Origin: Amoebidium appalachense
Taxonomy: Eukaryota; Protista; Ichthyosporea
Assembly (NCBI GenBank): GCA_963693365.1
Contig: CAVNZM010000003.1
Span: 4,705,972 to 4,769,971, forward strand
Reading direction: 5' to 3'
DNA length: 64,000 nucleotides
Position 1 is the first letter of the stretch. Each line of letters opens with the position of its first letter. Below are positions 59,663-64,000 of this stretch, piece after piece. The position numbers and the translations under genes were made by a program. The notes beneath the pieces were generated by a model. The model saw nothing but the letters and a program-made list of their open reading frames with translations. It was not told the DNA's origin and did no database searches.

Positions 59663-59803
59663 AGAAACGCACCCTGCATCCTACCGCCGTGTACATAAAC
59701 AGCCGCACACAGGCAACATCTCACCAACCAAACATGAGCCAGACAGTCACAGTCGAGGTGCACACCACAGTAACGTTCACCACACCCCCCAAGCAACAGC
59801 AAA

Positions 59804-60721
59804 ATGGTCAAGCCAACCCTGCTGCGTCAAATGACTGGTCTGTCCACCGTCAAAAGGACCAGCATCGCCGCGGCAAGCAGTGGCAAAGAAAACATCAACA
59901 GCAGCGTTGAGGGGGCCAAGATGGTGCAGTACAAGGAGGTGTTCCTCAATGGTGTGGGCAAGGCCACCATGGGTGCACCCTGGGTCATGAACGACGTGCT
60001 GGTGGTGCAGCTGTACAACCTGCCCAACATCAACATCAACGGGCAGATGTTGATTGAACTGGGCACCCACCTGTCTGCCTACGACAAAACCACAATCAAG
60101 ATCAAGTCCCAGCGCCACCCTGAGCCCTTTGAGGTGGCCTACGCCGTTGGCCTGTGGCCCTACGTGTGCAGCATGGCCAAGGACGTGCTGTGGATGCACA
60201 AGGACCACGAGATGCTCAAGGATGTTGATCTGGACACCGTTGCCGTCAAGACCAGCAGCAGCCTGTGGTCCAGACACAGCCCCAACCTGTACGAGGTGCT
60301 GGGTGCCAACCCCGTCAGCAAGGCGGACATGGAGGGGGCACTGGGCGACACCTACTTCAACGTGACGGTGGAGCTCCCCAACCCCACTGGCCGCAACCCC
60401 TGCCTCTTCAAGCTGGGCAACAACGCGGCCTCTGTGGATGAGTTTGTGGAGTTTATGAACTCCCAGCGTGCCAAGTGCCGTGAGGTTACTGCATGGGTGT
60501 CTGCTGCCGCCACCAGTGTCATCTACAACAAGAAAAACAACACTGTGCGCACCAAGCTCGTTGCCCGCAAGGTTCAGGTGTTTGATTTAGACGGTCTGAT
60601 GGAGTTGGTCAGTGATGGTGCGGGTAGTGAGGGGGAGGGGGGTGATGTAGACATGGGGCAGGCTAAGCGTGCTGGCACGCCCATGCCTGGGGAGGACAAG
60701 GCCAAAATGCTCAGGATGTAA
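59804..60721 (+). CDS. Intronless 305-aa protein, putative OB-fold (T7 gp2.5-like) ssDNA-binding protein
   Basis: Long high-complexity ORF with strong codon bias. C-terminal beta-strand pattern VTAWVSAAATSVIYNKKNNTVRTKLVARKVQVFDL followed by an acidic/Gly tail (DGAGSEGEGGDVD); AATAAA at ~60774. Coding status is likely; function is inferred by eye. Confidence 0.75.
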   Translation: MVKPTLLRQMTGLSTVKRTSIAAASSGKENINSSVEGAKMVQYKEVFLNGVGKATMGAPWVMNDVLVVQLYNLPNININGQMLIELGTHLSAYDKTTIKIKSQRHPEPFEVAYAVGLWPYVCSMAKDVLWMHKDHEMLKDVDLDTVAVKTSSSLWSRHSPNLYEVLGANPVSKADMEGALGDTYFNVTVELPNPTGRNPCLFKLGNNAASVDEFVEFMNSQRAKCREVTAWVSAAATSVIYNKKNNTVRTKLVARKVQVFDLDGLMELVSDGAGSEGEGGDVDMGQAKRAGTPMPGEDKAKMLRM

Positions 60722-61129
60722 TAGGCACATGTCTGTTTATTCAGAATCTCTTTACCTCCGGGTGATGCCACGAAATAAACTTCTTCCCAAAAAAAAAAAA
60801 CACTGTGTGCCGCCGCGACTGAGTTGACTTAGTACGTACATGAGTGAGAGAGTAAATGATTGCGCCAACTTGAACTTTGCGTATCTTATGAGCCAATGAA
60901 ATCAAGCGAAATTGAATGTTACGTAATATTACGTATACACTTTTTTCTCCCATGTGCACTCTATCAGCTGTCGGCTCTCTCAGTCTCGTCTCGTTTTCGT
61001 TCGTTTTTTTGTGAAGAAAAAACTTAGAAAAAACTCTTAAACATTTTCACAATCATCTCTTTTCGCACTTTTAGGTAGCAACACTTAAAAGTTACACCAC
61101 AACACACGCACACACACACACACACACAT

Positions 61130-61297
<168 letters not shown>

Positions 61298-61380
61298 ACG
61301 CATGCATGCACACGTAGAAGGGTGTGGTAGGGTGACTGTTGGTTGCCTTTGGTTTTTTATTTTTATTTTTGTTTTTATTT

Positions 61381-61448
61381 TTATTTTTCGTTAAAAATTT
61401 CATAGATTTTCGTTAGAGCCTTTTTGGCACACACACACACACACACAT

Positions 61449-61509
<61 letters not shown>

Positions 61510-61943
61510 TGCAGGCACACGTGTGCAATGCACCATAGTAGTCTTCAACTTGTGCTCTGTTTTTTTTCCTTGGATCTTTTTGCCGTCGGTTTTCTTTGTA
61601 GAAAAAAAAAACCTTGAAAATAAAGGGCTCCGCCCAATGCATCCACAGATCACAAAGTTTTTTATTTTTTATCGTTAAAATCTTCATAGATTTTTGTTAG
61701 AGTGTTTTGGCACACACACAAGCACACACATGCACACACATGCACACACACACACGCACACGTGCAGGCACACGTGTGCAATGCACCATGGTAGTCTTCA
61801 GCTTGTGCTCTGTTTTTTTTTCTTGGAACTTTCGTAAAAAAACAAAAGTTTATTTTTGCCGTCGGTTCAATTCTTTGTATAAAAGAAGAAGAAAAAAAAC
61901 GTGAAAATAAAGGGCACTGCCCACTATGTATACACAAATCACA
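61381..61943. repeat. Diverged ~280-bp tandem duplication between convergent ORFs
   Basis: CGTTAAAA..TTCATAGATTTT..CACGTGCAGGCACACGTGTGCAATGCACCAT.GTAGTCTTCA.CTTGTGCTCTGTTTT..GAAAATAAAGGGC..ATCACAA at ~61381-61654 and ~61661-61943. Confidence 0.9.
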
Positions 61944-62047
61944 ACGGTGTCTATGTTAATGAGACCATGGCATGCTCAAACTTTAAGGTACTTTACTAAA
62001 AAATTAAAAATGGCAAAGTTTAGGGCACTGCCCCCCTATCCTGTGCA

Positions 62048-63148
62048 CTAGCCCATGTAGCCATGGTTCACAGTCTTGAGGGGCGGTGCCGCTGAGGTAC
62101 GGAGTAAGTTAGGCACCCGGGTCCTACCGTAGAAGTAGGGGGCACCGACCGTCATGATGTTGTTGTTGTTGTTGTAGGGGGTGTTGCTGTTGGTGCTGCT
62201 GCTGCGGAGGGGGGCAAGGTTTTCCTTCTCCTTGGGGGCAATGTCGATGAACGTGCCGGACTTGCGCCGTGATGGTGCCTCCTTGTGGATGTTTTTCTTG
62301 ATCAGCCCTGCAAACACAATCTTCTCACCTGCACCATACATACGCTCATTCGCAACCCCACGCAGCAATGCCTGCATGTCATGGAGGACATCCATGGCGA
62401 CCCCTTTGAAGAGGGGCGTGGACTTCAACTTGGCTGCCTTTGCAGTGGCCACCATGGTCTGCAGGAAGCCAGCAACAACACGAGCCAGGTGGCGGGCCAC
62501 CTCTCTCTCCCTGTGGGGAGTGAGTCCTGCCTTGCACATCCCGACGATGGGCTCCCAGTTGGCCTCTATCTCCTCCAGGTACCTCTGCATGTAGTTGCCA
62601 ACCAACTGAGGGTCTGTCTCTACCTTGTGCCTAGTGGATCTCTCATGCTCTGTGAACTGCGGTAGGAGGATGTCTACCACAGCAGCAGCCACCCCCTTGA
62701 GCATGAGGGCGTTGCGGCACGCGAGTGTTGCCAAAAGCGACTTGCCGTGCAGTTCAGCCAGTTCTGCAGGCTCAGAGATGGTACCACGCACCAGCATCTC
62801 AGGGAGCCATGCCCCATCAAAGTCATCTAGACCCGTGAAGCGTTTTTGGAAGTAGACTTCGCCCCCTGCATCATAGCCAGCGAAGAAGTCACCTTTCTTG
62901 GCGGAGAGGAGGAAGGATGCTGCGTTGGCGGAAACACTGGGCTGTGCTGCATACCCCTCAGCAAGCGTGCGGTAGGATGCGTAGAAGGGTTGAAGCAGAA
63001 CAGTGTCAAGATCCAAATCTTTGAGATGCCAGGAGAAGGTGCGGCCAGGAGGAGGCCTGCGGGCTGGCACAGAAATGGCTGCTGCGGCGGCAGCAAGAAC
63101 ATCAGCATCGTCTAGATCTAGAGGGGGCAGGAAGGAGAGGTCTGCCAT
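62048..63148 (-). CDS. Intronless 366-aa hypothetical protein
   Basis: ATG at 63148 in ACCATGG context, open to TAG at 62048; high-complexity, predicted helical core with a low-complexity tail; no recognisable motif. Confidence 0.8.
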   Translation of the reverse strand: MADLSFLPPLDLDDADVLAAAAAAISVPARRPPPGRTFSWHLKDLDLDTVLLQPFYASYRTLAEGYAAQPSVSANAASFLLSAKKGDFFAGYDAGGEVYFQKRFTGLDDFDGAWLPEMLVRGTISEPAELAELHGKSLLATLACRNALMLKGVAAAVVDILLPQFTEHERSTRHKVETDPQLVGNYMQRYLEEIEANWEPIVGMCKAGLTPHREREVARHLARVVAGFLQTMVATAKAAKLKSTPLFKGVAMDVLHDMQALLRGVANERMYGAGEKIVFAGLIKKNIHKEAPSRRKSGTFIDIAPKEKENLAPLRSSSTNSNTPYNNNNNIMTVGAPYFYGRTRVPNLLRTSAAPPLKTVNHGYMG

Positions 63149-63433
63149 GGTTTCCAAAGTTCGCTGCTTGCAAAAAGACCAGGCTAGAGTGGCTTAGAAT
63201 ATAAGAAAAAGTGTTTGAAGAAGGAACGTTTGCAGGTGGCTTTTGTGCCCTCCGGTGCACACACGCTACCGTGCTCCAAAATTCGGTGACTCCTGTTGCC
63301 CTAGACGTCCAATAGGAGCGCAGGGGAGTCGCCAATGGAATGCAAGTCAACAAATTCTACAAAATTTGATTGGCCGCTCGCACCGCCCGCCAACGGTTTT
63401 TCCCTGCACACTTACCATGAACGGAAGGTTCCA

Positions 63434-64000
63434 TTAGAGGATGCCGCGTCCCGATACGTTTGGCGACCTGGCTGGCGGCCAGACGTAGGGCTTACCGCCG
63501 ACAAGCACCTGCGCACCGCCCCCTCCACCCCCTCTCCACTCGTAGCTGTTTCCCGTGCGTGTGCCTGCAGCATTCAAGTTATAAGGACCATATCCCAACG
63601 CATCCTGGGTGTTGTGCAGCAGGTAGTTGCCCGCATCCCTCGTGCCATTCCTCAGGGTCTTCCACGCACTGAATGCACCATTCTGCGCGCCCTGCCCTGC
63701 ACGCTGCGTGCCCTGCATGGCAGCATCGCCTGTGGCACGCGCTACCCCCTTGAGGCCCTTGAACACCGTCCCCCCCGCCTCCCCCGCCTTCCCTGCAGTG
63801 TAGGTGGCAGCATCCGCAGCCTTGTTGTACATGTAGTTGCCCACCCCCCTCGCAATGTCCCCCTTGTGCTTCCATGCATAGTACCCCCCTGCCCCCAAGG
63901 CAGCACCGCCCGCCAGGGCCCCCACCCACTTGGCTACCTCTGAGGCCTTGTTTGGCCGGTTCTGCACGTAGATGACACGCGTGTTGCCGCTCCTGCCTTG
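63434..64000 (-). CDS. Gly/Ala-rich protein with hydrophobic segment (3' part; open to window end), possible virion structural/membrane-active protein
   Basis: Frame open from 64000 (QGRSGNTRVIYVQNRPNK..) to the stop at 63434; WVGALAGGAALGAGGYYAWKHK hydrophobic stretch; LAGG and LVGG motifs. Confidence 0.75.
   Translation of the reverse strand, partial: QGRSGNTRVIYVQNRPNKASEVAKWVGALAGGAALGAGGYYAWKHKGDIARGVGNYMYNKAADAATYTAGKAGEAGGTVFKGLKGVARATGDAAMQGTQRAGQGAQNGAFSAWKTLRNGTRDAGNYLLHNTQDALGYGPYNLNAAGTRTGNSYEWRGGGGGGAQVLVGGKPYVWPPARSPNVSGRGIL

Overview
Intron-rich eukaryotic genomic DNA full of poly-C/poly-G tracts and (CA)n/(CT)n microsatellites, so most ORFs in the supplied track are low-complexity artefacts. 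The host is unknown; a unicellular opisthokont such as an ichthyosporean is only a guess. Manual splicing recovers four host genes. Two are head-to-head ABCG/White half-transporter paralogues (1-3789 minus, partial; 5228-12239 plus, 10 exons, 629 aa). The third is a 25-exon, ~857-aa protein with a calponin-homology + coiled-coil + SBF2-like + C1 architecture (21359-42888). The fourth is an 8-exon CoA-diphosphatase-type Nudix hydrolase (45377-53032). There is also an intron-containing tRNA-Tyr(GTA). Mobile DNA includes a ~285-bp GC-rich palindrome (16985-17269), a 3.6-kb element with Helentron/HINE-type ends carrying a decayed tyrosine-recombinase-like ORF (17349-20984), and a dispersed structured intronic repeat family. 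From ~59113 to the window end lies what looks like the left end of an inserted Polinton/adintovirus-like endogenous virus: a CTACTACAATAA terminus, a 71-bp hairpin, CCAAT-cluster promoters and three intronless ORFs (SSB-like, ORFan, and a Gly/Ala-rich protein with adenain-type motifs). All protein family calls come from motif recognition by eye; no database search was run.
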